DNA of 64,000 nucleotides from an uncultured delta proteobacterium (GCA_963717045.1 CAVQVD010000015.1:687747-751746), one strand, 5' to 3'. Counted from the stretch's first letter, positions 8,599-19,026 are shown. Numbers and translations: made by a program. The notes: a model not told the origin generated them from the letters alone.

Positions 8599-10167
8599 GT
8601 GGCTCGATTCGATTCGAAGGACGACTCCGTAGTCGTGATCATCGGTTCGGGGGCGGGCGGAGGTACGCTCGCCAACGAGCTCTGCCAGAAGGGCTTAAAG
8701 GTTGTGCTGCTCGAGGCGGGGCAGCGCCAGTCGCTGCAGACTTTCCACAACGATGAATGGTTCGCATTCAAACAATTGGCCTGGCTCGACAAGCGAACGA
8801 CCTCTGGCAGTTGGCGCGTAGCGAAAGACTTTCCCAATCTTCCGGCCTGGACCTGCAAGACGGTCGGCGGAACGACCGTGCACTGGGCGGGGGCCTCGTT
8901 GCGCTTTCAGGAGCACGAGTTCAAAGCCAAGACTACCTATTCTAGTGTCAGCGGTGCGAACCTTCTCGACTGGCCGATAAGTCTCGCGGAGTTGGCGCCT
9001 TACTATGCCAAGGCCGAAGACAAGATGGGGGTTACGAGGACCAACGACATTCCCGGATTGCCTGGAAATAACAATTTCAAGGTGATGTACAACGGCGCGA
9101 CGCGAGTAGGATACAAGACCGTGCATACCGGGCGCATGGCGATTAACAGCCGGCCCCGCGATCGCCGTTCGTCATGCTGGCAGATGGGATTTTGTTTTCA
9201 AGGGTGCAAGTCGGGAGCTAAATGGTCCACTCTCTATACGGAGATTTCAAAAGCCGAGGCTACCGGCAAACTCGACTTACGGCCTGGATCGCAGGCGCTG
9301 CAGATTCAGCACGACGGCAACGGCAAGGCGACCGGCGTGCTGTATGCCGACAAGGACGGCAAACATTTCGTACAGAAAGCGCGTATCGTGTGTCTGGCGT
9401 GCAATTCGATCGAGAGCGCGCGACTGCTGCTCAACTCGGCCTCGTCGAAATTCCCCCAGGGGCTGGCGAACTCATCCGGCCAGGTCGGCAGGAACTACAT
9501 GCGGCACACGAGCGGATCCGTTTACGGCATTTTCGGCAAGCCGGTGCATATGTATCGCGGTACTGTGATGGCCGGGATTATCACCGACGAAGCCGAGTTG
9601 AATACCAAGCGCGGCTTTGTCGGAGGGTTCGAGATGGAAACCATCTCGCTCGGAATGCCATTTGCGGCCGCGTTCCTGGATCCGGGAGCGTGGGGGCGCG
9701 ACTACGCGAGCGTGCTCGAACAGTTTCCCAACATGGCTGGGATGTGGATCGTCGGAGAGGACATGCCGCAGGCCACTAACGCCGTGACGCTGCATCCAAA
9801 GGAAAAAGATCAATTCGGCTTGCCGATTCCGAACGTGCACTACGACGATCATGCAAACGACGTCGCCATGCGCAACTACGCATATAAAAGAGGCGCCGCG
9901 GTGTATGATGCCGTAGGAGCACTCAAGACGATCGCGGTCCCGCCATATCCTTCGACTCATAACCTCGGCACCTGCCGCATGAGCGAACGGCCCGCCGATG
10001 GCGTTTGCAACAAGTGGGGCCAGACTCACGACGTGAAGAATCTCTTCATCTCGGACGGCAGTCAGTTCACGACCAGCGGCGGAGAAAATCCCACGCTGAC
10101 GATCGTGACCCTGGCCATCAGGCAAGCCGATCACATCGCCGCCGAGAGCACGAGGCGTAACCTCTAG
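8599..10167 (+). CDS. GMC-family FAD-dependent oxidoreductase (flavoprotein dehydrogenase large subunit)
   Basis: N-terminal VVVIIGSGAGGGTLANELCQKGLKVVLLEAG dinucleotide fold and GMC-like C-terminal block. Confidence 0.85.
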   Translation: MARFDSKDDSVVVIIGSGAGGGTLANELCQKGLKVVLLEAGQRQSLQTFHNDEWFAFKQLAWLDKRTTSGSWRVAKDFPNLPAWTCKTVGGTTVHWAGASLRFQEHEFKAKTTYSSVSGANLLDWPISLAELAPYYAKAEDKMGVTRTNDIPGLPGNNNFKVMYNGATRVGYKTVHTGRMAINSRPRDRRSSCWQMGFCFQGCKSGAKWSTLYTEISKAEATGKLDLRPGSQALQIQHDGNGKATGVLYADKDGKHFVQKARIVCLACNSIESARLLLNSASSKFPQGLANSSGQVGRNYMRHTSGSVYGIFGKPVHMYRGTVMAGIITDEAELNTKRGFVGGFEMETISLGMPFAAAFLDPGAWGRDYASVLEQFPNMAGMWIVGEDMPQATNAVTLHPKEKDQFGLPIPNVHYDDHANDVAMRNYAYKRGAAVYDAVGALKTIAVPPYPSTHNLGTCRMSERPADGVCNKWGQTHDVKNLFISDGSQFTTSGGENPTLTIVTLAIRQADHIAAESTRRNL

Positions 10168-10787
10168 TGGCGCGACTTTTTTTCGGTCGAGGTAATGGCG
10201 TATCGTCGGCCTTGCTCGTTTTGGTGGCGATGCTTGCGCTGGCGCTTCCGCTCGCCGCGCGGGCTGAACTCGGCAATTCCGGACGGCCACGCACGGCGCT
10301 CAGTCCCACCGACGGACTGCCAAAAGTAAGCCTGACAGATCAAAATGGCAGGGCGATCTCGCTTTCGTCATTGAAGGGCAAGCCCGCGCTGGTCGCGTTT
10401 ATTCACACCTCGTGCGAGGGACCCTGCGAGCTGATCACCGCACAAATGAAATCGGTGGCGCGCGACCTGGGTCCCGGGTTCAAATCGAAAGTCACGATGG
10501 TCTCGATCACGACCGAACCCAAGGAGGACGGATCGCGCGAGTTGCTTGCCTACGCCAAGGCGCAAGGTGTGGACGCCGATGGATGGGTGTTCCTGACCGG
10601 GGCGCCGGCGAAAATCCGCCGCCTGCTGGCCCTGTACGGAGTATCGGCCGAGGACGACGATTCGGCTCACGTCCTTGAGCTGTTTCTGCTCAGTGCCGAT
10701 GGTGTCGGAATGCGCCGCTACAACGGTGTTGCGACACGACCGGAAACGATCGCCGCGGATATCAAGAAAACCGCCTTGCCTCACTAG
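10167..10787 (+). CDS. SCO1/SenC family copper chaperone (thioredoxin-like)
   Basis: Signal/TM anchor, CEGPC (CxxxC) copper-binding motif and downstream conserved His; GTG start overlaps stop of GMC gene. Confidence 0.8.
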   Translation: MARLFFGRGNGVSSALLVLVAMLALALPLAARAELGNSGRPRTALSPTDGLPKVSLTDQNGRAISLSSLKGKPALVAFIHTSCEGPCELITAQMKSVARDLGPGFKSKVTMVSITTEPKEDGSRELLAYAKAQGVDADGWVFLTGAPAKIRRLLALYGVSAEDDDSAHVLELFLLSADGVGMRRYNGVATRPETIAADIKKTALPH

Positions 10788-10911
10788 ATCGAGCTCTGCG
10801 CATACGGGGCCGCGTGACCGGCGAGAGACAAAGTTTCGCCGGCCGGTCGATCTGGCGCTCGCCCGTTCGACTATAGAACGTAAGACGAACCCGCGAACCA
10901 GGGAGGCGACA

Positions 10912-11259
10912 ATGCAGTACATGCTTTTGATCTATGACGCCGAAGGGCGGCAGATGAGCCCGGAGGAACAGGGCAAGCTTTTTCAGGAATACATGGCCTT
11001 TACCCAAGGCATCGTTAAGGCGGGAAAGTTCAAGGCCGGCGACCCGCTCGAGCCGACCAGCACGGCCACCACCGTCAGGGTGCGCGACGCGAAGACGCTG
11101 ACCACCGACGGTCCGTTCGCGGAAACCAAGGAACAGCTTGGCGGTTACTATATCGTTGAGGCCGATAACCTGGACGAAGCAGTCTCTATTGCCGCGCGGA
11201 TCCCGGGAGCTCGCACCGGATCGATCGAGGTGCGGCCGATCATGAAGATGCACATGTAA
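10912..11259 (+). CDS. YciI-like (DGPF domain) protein
   Basis: MQYMLLIYDAEG...DGPFAETKEQLGGYYIVEA pattern; GGGAGG RBS; typical partner of COG4941 sigma factors. Confidence 0.7.
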   Translation: MQYMLLIYDAEGRQMSPEEQGKLFQEYMAFTQGIVKAGKFKAGDPLEPTSTATTVRVRDAKTLTTDGPFAETKEQLGGYYIVEADNLDEAVSIAARIPGARTGSIEVRPIMKMHM

Positions 11260-11303
11260 GTTATGGCGGATGGGCCACCCGTCGCGGTGGGCTTTGGCGG
11301 GCG

Positions 11304-12563
11304 GTGTTAATGAGTTCATCGGCGATAGAGCGCCTCTACCACGAGGAGTTCGGGCGGATCCTCGCTACTGTGATTCGCCTGGTCGGCGACTTCGACCTGG
11401 CGGAGGAGGCAACGCAGGAGGCATTCGCCGTGGCGCTCGCGCAATGGCCGCGCGATGGCGTGCCTGCCTATCCTCGCGCCTGGGTGGTCAGCACCGCGCG
11501 TCACAAGGCGATCGATCGCTTGCGGCGCCACGGACGCTTTGCCGAGAAGCTGGACGAACTGGCCGGCGGCCTTCACACAACCTACGAGGAAAACGCGATC
11601 GCGGGAGAAGCGCAAAGCTCGGTGCCCGACGAGCGTCTGCGGCTAATCTTCACCTGCTGCCATCCGGCGCTCGCGCTCGAAGCGCAGGTAGCCCTTTCGC
11701 TTAGGACGCTGTGCGGACTCTCGACCGAGGAAATCGCACGCGCCTTCTTCGTGCCCGCCGCCACCATGGCGCAGCGGCTGGTACGGGCCAAGCGCAAGAT
11801 TCGCAAAGCCGGCATCCCCTACGAGATTCCGCGCGCTGACGTGCTGCCCGAGCGCCTCGACGCGGTGCTCGCAGTCATCTACCTGGTCTTTAACGAAGGT
11901 TACTCGGCAACGGCCGGCGAGGCGCTCGTGCGTGCGGAACTATGCCGCGAAGCGATCCGCCTCGGGCGCATCCTGTGCGAGCTTTTGCCCGGCGAGTCAC
12001 TCGGCGCGCGTGACGGGGAATCGAATGGACTGCTGGCGCTGATGATGCTGCACGACTCGCGCCGCGCGGCGCGCACCAACGCCGCCGGCGACTTGGTGCT
12101 GCTCGAAGATCAGGACCGGTCGCTGTGGAACCGCACGCAGATGGAAGAAGGCCTCGCACTGGCCGCCTTAGCGATGCGCGCGCCGGAGCACGGCCCATAC
12201 GCGTTGCAGGCCGCGATTGCCGCGGAGCACGCCAGGGCCCGGCGCTCCGCGGATACCGACTGGCGCGCGATCGCCGGGCTCTACGACGCGCTGCTTCGGG
12301 TGCGGCCGACGGCCGTGGTTGAACTGAACCGGGCGGTGGCGATCGCGATGGCGAACGGGCCGCAGGCTGGCCTCGACGCGATCGCCAGGCTGAAGGCGAA
12401 CCATGAACTGGACTCCTACTACCTACGCTGGTCCGCCGAGGCCGACCTGCTCCGCCGGTTGGGCCGCCGCGCCGAAGCAGAACAATCCTATCGCCAAGCG
12501 CTCGAACTCGTCACTTCAAACCCCGAGCGAAGGTTTCTCGAACGGCGGATTCAGGAGTTGTAG
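11304..12563 (+). CDS. ECF-type RNA polymerase sigma factor with C-terminal TPR-like extension (COG4941-type)
   Basis: Sigma-70 region 2 and 4 features (AFAVALAQW, HKAIDRLRR, LRTLCGLSTEEIARAF) plus about 200-aa C-terminal domain. Confidence 0.8.
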   Translation: MLMSSSAIERLYHEEFGRILATVIRLVGDFDLAEEATQEAFAVALAQWPRDGVPAYPRAWVVSTARHKAIDRLRRHGRFAEKLDELAGGLHTTYEENAIAGEAQSSVPDERLRLIFTCCHPALALEAQVALSLRTLCGLSTEEIARAFFVPAATMAQRLVRAKRKIRKAGIPYEIPRADVLPERLDAVLAVIYLVFNEGYSATAGEALVRAELCREAIRLGRILCELLPGESLGARDGESNGLLALMMLHDSRRAARTNAAGDLVLLEDQDRSLWNRTQMEEGLALAALAMRAPEHGPYALQAAIAAEHARARRSADTDWRAIAGLYDALLRVRPTAVVELNRAVAIAMANGPQAGLDAIARLKANHELDSYYLRWSAEADLLRRLGRRAEAEQSYRQALELVTSNPERRFLERRIQEL

Positions 12564-12757
12564 TTTTTCGTTTCCGTTTGCGCTTGTGGGACCGCAGTGC
12601 CGACCGATGTGTCCGCCCGGAGCGGCTGAAACAAATCGCCGCCGAGAACCGTTTCTATTTCAGCAGAAGCTGTGAAAAGGTGGTAGGCGTTGCGCCCGAC
12701 TGCGGATGAGCGCGGAGGGCGCGCGGAAAGATCAAGAAGAAGCCGGCAAGGGACGCC

Positions 12758-13924
12758 ATGTTTTGGGGCGGCAAGCAGTACGGCAGGCGATGCGAGTGGA
12801 CGGTGACGGCGGTCATCTGCCTCGCGATGTTATTCGTCGCGGCATCGCAGGCGACGCCTCAGCAGGGCAGATTTCCCTCGCCTCCTTCGAACATTCACGG
12901 GCAAGGCGGCTCGGTGCTCGAGGTACCCACCGCGCCTGCGAGCCAGATCGGCAAAGATACCTCCACAATACCGCAGCTTCCGCCGCAGCAGGGCCAGGAA
13001 CTCGAACTTCCGTCGCGCGCGTTGCGCGGCCAGAGCGGCTACGAGCAACTTACCGTCACGGTCACAGATCAGGGCGGGCGCTACGTTACCGGGTTGCAGA
13101 GGGGCGACTTCCGGATCTATGTCGATGGGATCCAGCGGCCGCTCGAGTTCCTGCGCCGCGATACCAACACGCCCGTATCGATTGGTATCCTGGTCGATAC
13201 CTCTGGCAGCATGGAGCCCAAGATCCCGCAGGCTCGCGCGGCGATCGCGCAGTTCATCCGCGATCTCAACCCGCACGACGACATTTTTCTGTTTGCCTTC
13301 TCCGATCAGCAATTTCTATTGCAGCCCTTTACCACGAATCATGAACTGGTAATGCGCCGGCTCGGCCTTCTGCACGCCTACGGCGATACGGCAATCTTCG
13401 ACACGATCATGGATGGCTTGTACACCATCAATCGCGGCCGCTATGACAAAAAAGCGCTCCTGGTCGTGACCGACGGGATGGACAACGCGAGCCAGGCGAC
13501 GCTGTCGCAGGTGGTGGGGCGGGCGCGCCGGATGGGCGTGCTGATCTATTCGATCGGAATCGGCGATCCGAACTCGAGCCGGATCGGCTTTGGCATCGGA
13601 TCGCTGCTGTTGGGCGGCAATCGCGACCACGTCGACGCTGCGATGCTGCGCGAGCTGTCGACCGAGAGCGGCGCGCGCACCTACCTGCTCGGCGAGGTAC
13701 GCGACGGAGAATTGCTGCGACAGGATTGCCTCGCGATCAGCAACGAGCTGCGAGAACAATACTCCGCCGGCTTCGTCGTGCCGGATCCTTCGATGCCGGG
13801 TTATCGCAGCCTGCGCGTGGATATTCCGGGAAGGCCAGAGCTTACGGTGCGCACCCGCAAGGGCGTCACCGTTAGTCCGGGAGCGCCGCCAGCTTACGCG
13901 GGTGCGAGTGTGCCGAATCCATAA
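12758..13924 (+). CDS. von Willebrand factor type A (VWA) domain protein, secreted/membrane anchored
   Basis: N-terminal hydrophobic anchor; VWA MIDAS-like block ILVDTSGSM ... LLVVTDGMDN. Confidence 0.7.
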   Translation: MFWGGKQYGRRCEWTVTAVICLAMLFVAASQATPQQGRFPSPPSNIHGQGGSVLEVPTAPASQIGKDTSTIPQLPPQQGQELELPSRALRGQSGYEQLTVTVTDQGGRYVTGLQRGDFRIYVDGIQRPLEFLRRDTNTPVSIGILVDTSGSMEPKIPQARAAIAQFIRDLNPHDDIFLFAFSDQQFLLQPFTTNHELVMRRLGLLHAYGDTAIFDTIMDGLYTINRGRYDKKALLVVTDGMDNASQATLSQVVGRARRMGVLIYSIGIGDPNSSRIGFGIGSLLLGGNRDHVDAAMLRELSTESGARTYLLGEVRDGELLRQDCLAISNELREQYSAGFVVPDPSMPGYRSLRVDIPGRPELTVRTRKGVTVSPGAPPAYAGASVPNP

Positions 13925-13965
13925 ATGAAATCACGCACGGCGCGCTGGACCGCGCGGCTCGTAGT

Positions 13966-14982
13966 TCAGTGGCCGAGCGGGACCGGAGTTTTTTTCACCT
14001 TGCGGAGCTTGACCACAGTCCGAAACGGCCGCGTGGGATCCTTGCGGGCAAACCACGGACCCGCCGTGGCTGATACCTCTCCCACGTAGATATCGCCTTC
14101 GCGGCCGACCGCGATCCCGTGCGGTGCGATCATCTGATCCGGACCTTCGCCCTGCGCATTGTCCAGCAGCGTCGCGCGCAACGTACCATCGAGCGAGTAG
14201 ATACTCACTCTTGGACCATAGCCGGGCTGATTCTGAATCTCCCAGAGCGCCGGTGCGATTTGACACCACCATGAGGTAGATAGCTCGCCGATATAGCACA
14301 ACTGCGACTGACCGGTATCGATATACATTCCGCATGGGCGGCCCATGTCCGTCCATATATCTTCGAGCTTGCCATTTGGAGTGAAGACCTGGACGCGCTG
14401 ATTCTCGCGGTCGGCGACATAAACGTAGCCGTCGCGGTCGGTGCAGATGTTGTGTGGAAGACAGAACTGTCCAGGTTTGTTTCCGGGCTCTCCCCATGAG
14501 TATAGCAAGCGGCCGTCGGGCGTGTACTTGTGCACCTTGGCGTTGCCGTAGCCATCGGATACGAACAGCTCTCCGGTAGCCGGATGGATCGCCATATGAG
14601 TACAGCGGCACAAGGGTTGCCCACTCATGCCCTTGGAGGGTCTGCCGCTGGTGCCAAGCGTCAGCATCACCTTCCCCTCGGGCGTGCATTTTCTTACGGT
14701 GTGATCGAGGTTGTCGGTCAGCCACACGGCATCGTCGGGGCCGATCGTGACGGCATGCGCATTTGGGAATACCGTCTTATCGCCCCAGGAGCGTAGGAAT
14801 TCTCCATTCTTGTCCAGCACGACTACAGGATGTTCGCCGCGATTGAACAGATAGACGTGCTCATTTGAGTCGATACCCACACCGGCCACGTCGAAGGTCC
14901 CGTCTATGCCAGTAGCCTCCGACATTCCCCAGCCTTCCACAATCTCATAAATGTACTCGTCATTTCCGGTTCGTATCGGCAT
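13966..14982 (-). CDS. NHL-repeat six-bladed beta-propeller protein (peptidyl-alpha-hydroxyglycine amidating lyase-like)
   Basis: Repeated NHL-type blades (GxxxxPxGIAV, YVADxxNxRVQVF). Confidence 0.6.
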   Translation of the reverse strand: MPIRTGNDEYIYEIVEGWGMSEATGIDGTFDVAGVGIDSNEHVYLFNRGEHPVVVLDKNGEFLRSWGDKTVFPNAHAVTIGPDDAVWLTDNLDHTVRKCTPEGKVMLTLGTSGRPSKGMSGQPLCRCTHMAIHPATGELFVSDGYGNAKVHKYTPDGRLLYSWGEPGNKPGQFCLPHNICTDRDGYVYVADRENQRVQVFTPNGKLEDIWTDMGRPCGMYIDTGQSQLCYIGELSTSWWCQIAPALWEIQNQPGYGPRVSIYSLDGTLRATLLDNAQGEGPDQMIAPHGIAVGREGDIYVGEVSATAGPWFARKDPTRPFRTVVKLRKVKKTPVPLGH

Positions 14983-15593
14983 GCTCTATCTCCGCGGGAG
15001 AGGACTGTATGACCATTGATACCTCGCCCCTGGCGGCTTGCCAATGGACTGCCCGCGCCCTGAACTGACAGCGCCACACGGCACACTCCGCCAGACGTCC
15101 CCTTGGACTTGAAGCCACCTCTGACGAGAAAGCGCATCGCGCCCCGGTTGGAGGCCATCACGTCAGCCTCCAGGCGATTGAGCCGCAACTGTTGCGCCAC
15201 CCCGATAAGAGATTCCAGCAAGAGCTTGCCAATGCCTTTCCGTTGATAGGCATCAATGACACTCAGCGCCACCTCGGCCACGGACCTGCATTCTTCCGTC
15301 GCGACGTACCGGCCATCGCTCACGATGTTCTCCGAGTCGTCGTGGTTGGCGGTCGTTACTACCAGAGCCACATGGCGCGGAAAATCCGGCTCCGTAAAAT
15401 AGCGCAGCTCGCGAGAGGTGAAGTCGCGCTTGACGCCAAAGAACCGATGGTAACGAGAGTCGGAACTTAACCCGTACAGGTGACGCGCGAGCCCTTCCTT
15501 GTCATCGGGGCGAATTGCCCGAATGCGTACCGGAGTGCCATCGCGCAAAGTCGCACTCGCGGAGTAATCCGATAGATCGTCGATTGCCCACAT
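14904..15593 (-). CDS. GNAT-family N-acetyltransferase
   Basis: QRKGIGKLLLESLI acetyl-CoA binding motif; paralog of 16057-16641. Confidence 0.6.
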   Translation of the reverse strand: MWAIDDLSDYSASATLRDGTPVRIRAIRPDDKEGLARHLYGLSSDSRYHRFFGVKRDFTSRELRYFTEPDFPRHVALVVTTANHDDSENIVSDGRYVATEECRSVAEVALSVIDAYQRKGIGKLLLESLIGVAQQLRLNRLEADVMASNRGAMRFLVRGGFKSKGTSGGVCRVALSVQGAGSPLASRQGRGINGHTVLSRGDRACRYEPEMTSTFMRLWKAGECRRLLA

Positions 15594-15730
15594 GCTTGCT
15601 CCTCATCATCCTGAATGCCGCTGAAAACTGCTGAGACACCGCTGAGACCCGCTGACACTCTAGCAAACCGCGGTCATTCGAATCCTTCGTCCGTCGCTCA
15701 TAGGCTTCAGTGCGAAACTTTTGGCCATTC

Positions 15731-15755
15731 GCGAAACGCATTGTGTGCGTTGCGC
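15731..15755. promoter_or_regulatory. imperfect 10-bp inverted repeat (GCGAAACGCA-N5-TGCGTTGCGC) in 460-bp intergenic region upstream of GNAT gene; candidate operator
   Basis: Seen directly in sequence; function unknown. Confidence 0.2.
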
Positions 15756-16056
15756 GAACAATGCCAAGACATTGCTGAGTCAAGCAGCATCTATGCCATC
15801 GTTTACCGGCAATCCACGGCCACCAACGCTTTCCTTCAAAGAGCAAGCAGTGCCCATTCGTTGTGCTTGCGCCATTAGCGTGTGCACATGATGTCTACTA
15901 AACGCTACGGGTGCGACTTGAATAGATGTGATATTGAGACGAGGATCGTTGTAGCCTGGGGGTCGAGTAATGAACTCGGCCGCGAGCCCGATAGCTGCGC
16001 AGGCTTGCGCGTTTCAGGCTGGCAGTGTAGTCGCGCGGGTGGGGGGACGCAAAACG

Positions 16057-16641
16057 CTACGCAGTCACTCGATCGCTCAGTCCTTCTAGATCGTGGCTCA
16101 TAATAAGAAGGTCGCGCGGCCGGCCCTGGCGATCGACTACCCAGTCCTGCAGTAGTGCTTCGACAGTGAAACCGATCTTCTCGAACGCGGCTCGCGCACC
16201 CGCCTGATCCGGCGTCATCATCGCGGCCATTTTCTTGAGTCCGCGCGCCTCGCCCAGTCGGAATATCTGCGCGGCAAGTTGCCTGCCGAGGCCCGCACCC
16301 CGGTATGGGACGCCGACCTGAACCCGGATCTCACCTACTCTGCGCGTCCAGCGCGCCTGCTCGAGATGGAGACTCGCGTAACCAGCCAATTTGCCGCCAA
16401 CTTCAGCGAGCACGGTCACGGTCGCGCCCTTTTCAAGATTTGCGATCCATTCGTCAATCAGCGCGGGCTGGGTGATGTCGGTGCGCAGGAATAGCAAATC
16501 ATCGGGCGGGAGCGATTGCGCAAAGGTCAAAAGTTCTTTCTTGTCCGTCGCTTCCATCAGCCGGAGCGATACCCGCCGTCCATCGGAAAGCGCCAACTCT
16601 CTGGCATAGCCAGAACCTTCTCGCGTTTCCTGGTCAACCAT
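16057..16641 (-). CDS. GNAT-family N-acetyltransferase
   Basis: YRGAGLGRQLAAQIF motif; similar N-terminus to neighbouring GNAT. Confidence 0.7.
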   Translation of the reverse strand: MVDQETREGSGYARELALSDGRRVSLRLMEATDKKELLTFAQSLPPDDLLFLRTDITQPALIDEWIANLEKGATVTVLAEVGGKLAGYASLHLEQARWTRRVGEIRVQVGVPYRGAGLGRQLAAQIFRLGEARGLKKMAAMMTPDQAGARAAFEKIGFTVEALLQDWVVDRQGRPRDLLIMSHDLEGLSDRVTA

Positions 16642-16842
16642 CGGATTCTCCTAACGGCGAGCGCCGCCCCAATGACCTGTAGGATCAGAATCGCAACAAC
16701 TATCTGCAACTGAAGGGTATCAAATGATCGACTCTTTGCGGAGCAGTCTGCGCTTCGTCCTCACCAGTTTTTCAATTGACCAAACCGGAGAAATGGCGCA
16801 TCGTTGGGTACCTAAGGCGCAAGATAATAGGGTACCTCAAGA

Positions 16843-18397
16843 ATGGCTGAGGCTAGCAAACTTTCCCGCCGCTTGAGCAGCCAAGACGCCTCATTCCTAT
16901 ACAACGAGACGCCGCACGGCCCGCTTCACGTCGGTCTTCTTCAGACCTTCGAGGGCGAGATCGAGTTTGACCGGCTGATAAATCACCTCGAGCGTCGTAT
17001 CCACCTTTTGCCGCGCTACCGGCAACGCCTGGTGTTCGCACCGTTCAATCTGGCGCACGCGACCCTCGAGGACGATCCCCAGTTTGAACTGCGCAATCAC
17101 GTCAAGCGTCATTTGCTGGAGCGCGGCGCCGGGGACGCCGAACTCGGCCTCGGCGGCGATGCGGGCTAACGAACCCGCGCTCGAGCGGAGCCGGCCGTTA
17201 TGGGAGTTGCATCTATTTCGAGGGCTCGCGGACGGACGTTCGGCGCTGTTGTGGAAGATCCATCATTGTATAGTCGACGGAGTCTCGGCCTTACAACTGA
17301 TTGCGACCGCGATGGATCTGAGGCCCGATGCTCCGGCGCCCGCACCAGAGAAGGAGCCGTGGAAACCTGCGAGACTGCCCGACAGCTCAAGGTCGCTGTT
17401 GGATGCGGCGGTCGCGCTGGTCCAGAGTCGCCTCGACGAATTGCACGAGGCGGGGAAGCTGTTGAGCGCCCCGGCCGACCTGGCCGAGCGGAGCGCGGCG
17501 ATGACCAACGCCGCGGCCCAGATGTTCCAGATGATGTCGCGGCCGGTGGTCGCGGCGCCGTGGAATCTTGGATTCGTAAGCCGGAGCCGCTCGCTCGCCT
17601 GGCTCAGAGTTTCGTTCGGCGACCTGCGCGCAATTCGCAGCGCTCTGGGGGGAACCGTCAACGACGTCGTTCTGAGTATTCTGAGCGAGGGCGCGGCGCG
17701 GTACCTGAAAGATCACGAAGTCGCGACCGAGGGGCTGCCGCTACGAATCGGATGCCCGGTCAACGTGCGGCGCGAGAGCGAAGCCGGCGCGATGGGTAAT
17801 CGGGTTTCGATGATGTTTCCCGAATTGGCCGCGACGCCGATGGACCCGATCGAACGCTATCGCTCTGTGGTCCGCGAGACTGAGCGGATAAAGGCGGCGC
17901 GCGAACCGCAGGGGATGGACTTGCTAACGGCGGCTGCCGACTCAGTTGCGCCGAGCCTGCAGGACCTGAGCTCAAAGATGACCAACGCCGCGATCGAGGC
18001 CGCGACTCGGCTTTCCGAGTTCAGCGGAGGGATCGCCCGAATGATCGCAAGGCCTGCGATAGGAATCAACTTCATCGCGACCAACGTACCGGGGGCGCAG
18101 GTTCCGCTGTACCTGGCGGGGCGGCGGATGCTCGAGTTCATCGGCCTGGTGCCATTGGCGGGCAGCTTCGGTTATGGCGTGGCGATTCTGAGTTACAATA
18201 AGAGCTTGTTTTTCGCGATGGCGGCGGAGCCCCGTTTGATGCCCGACGTGGAATTGATGAAGTCGCGTATCGCCGACGCCTTCGCGGATCTCAAGGCCGC
18301 GGCACAAAGCGTGATGCCCGAGCAAGAGCGATCGATTCGCGCAGCCGGGAACGCGCCGAAGCGCGATTCGGCGATGGCCCGATTAACTGAAGCGTAA
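16843..18397 (+). CDS. wax ester synthase/diacylglycerol acyltransferase (WS/DGAT) family; reading frame broken by apparent 1-nt indel near 17150-17170 (two ORF fragments 16843-17169 and 17084-18397)
   Basis: N-terminal fragment LSSQDASFLYNETPHGPLHVG and C-terminal fragment with catalytic HHCIVDG motif lie in adjacent frames and together give a full-length WS/DGAT. Confidence 0.65.
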
Positions 18398-18510
18398 GAA
18401 CACAAACCGGACAATCGCTCGCGGCGAGAGCTTCACCAGATCCCTGGAGAGCATCGGACCTCCAGCTCGACAAGTTTCCGGCGTCGCCGGCCTCGCAAAG
18501 GGGCCGCAAG

Positions 18511-19026
18511 GTGTCAGGAGAAAGAGCAATGGGACAACCACAGAAAGAGGGTGATATACCGACGTTGTACAAGGCCTTGGGGGCAGAAGTGCAGGAGCTT
18601 CTGCGTAAAGCTACGGCGGCGGGAGGGGAGCGCGGTGAAGTCGAAGCCGCGGCCTGGAAAGCTTATGACGCGTGGGTGCGCGCGACACACGCCTCGATCG
18701 AGAAAGTGGTAGCGATGCCCGCGCTCGGCGATGCCGCCGCGATGGTTCTGAATACTTTTTTGCGCGCGGCGCAGGTAGGCAACTCCGTGGTGGGCTCGCT
18801 GTTCGCGCCGGTGTGGCCCTTGGTCGGGTTGACGCCGCTTACCGAGACCCAGGCGCTGTTCGATAGAATCGAAAGTTTGCGGCGCGAGGTGCGGCAACTT
18901 ACCGCGCCAAGAACGTACAAGCCGGTCGAGCCGGTCGAGCACTCCCGCGCCACTGCGTCTCGCGGCCGGCGCGGGCAAAACGGCAGTCAAACCAGCGAAA
19001 AGAAATCGGCTTCCATCAGCCAATAA
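18511..19026 (+). CDS. putative PHA synthase subunit PhaE-like / phasin-like protein
   Basis: 171-aa Ala-rich helical protein directly upstream of class III phaC; assignment by context only. Confidence 0.35.
   Translation: MSGERAMGQPQKEGDIPTLYKALGAEVQELLRKATAAGGERGEVEAAAWKAYDAWVRATHASIEKVVAMPALGDAAAMVLNTFLRAAQVGNSVVGSLFAPVWPLVGLTPLTETQALFDRIESLRREVRQLTAPRTYKPVEPVEHSRATASRGRRGQNGSQTSEKKSASISQ

Noticed and set aside
12706-13344. Alternative-frame 212-aa ORF overlapping the VWA gene start
   Set aside because: The VWA frame carries the MIDAS-like motifs. The alternative frame is Arg/Ala-rich noise.
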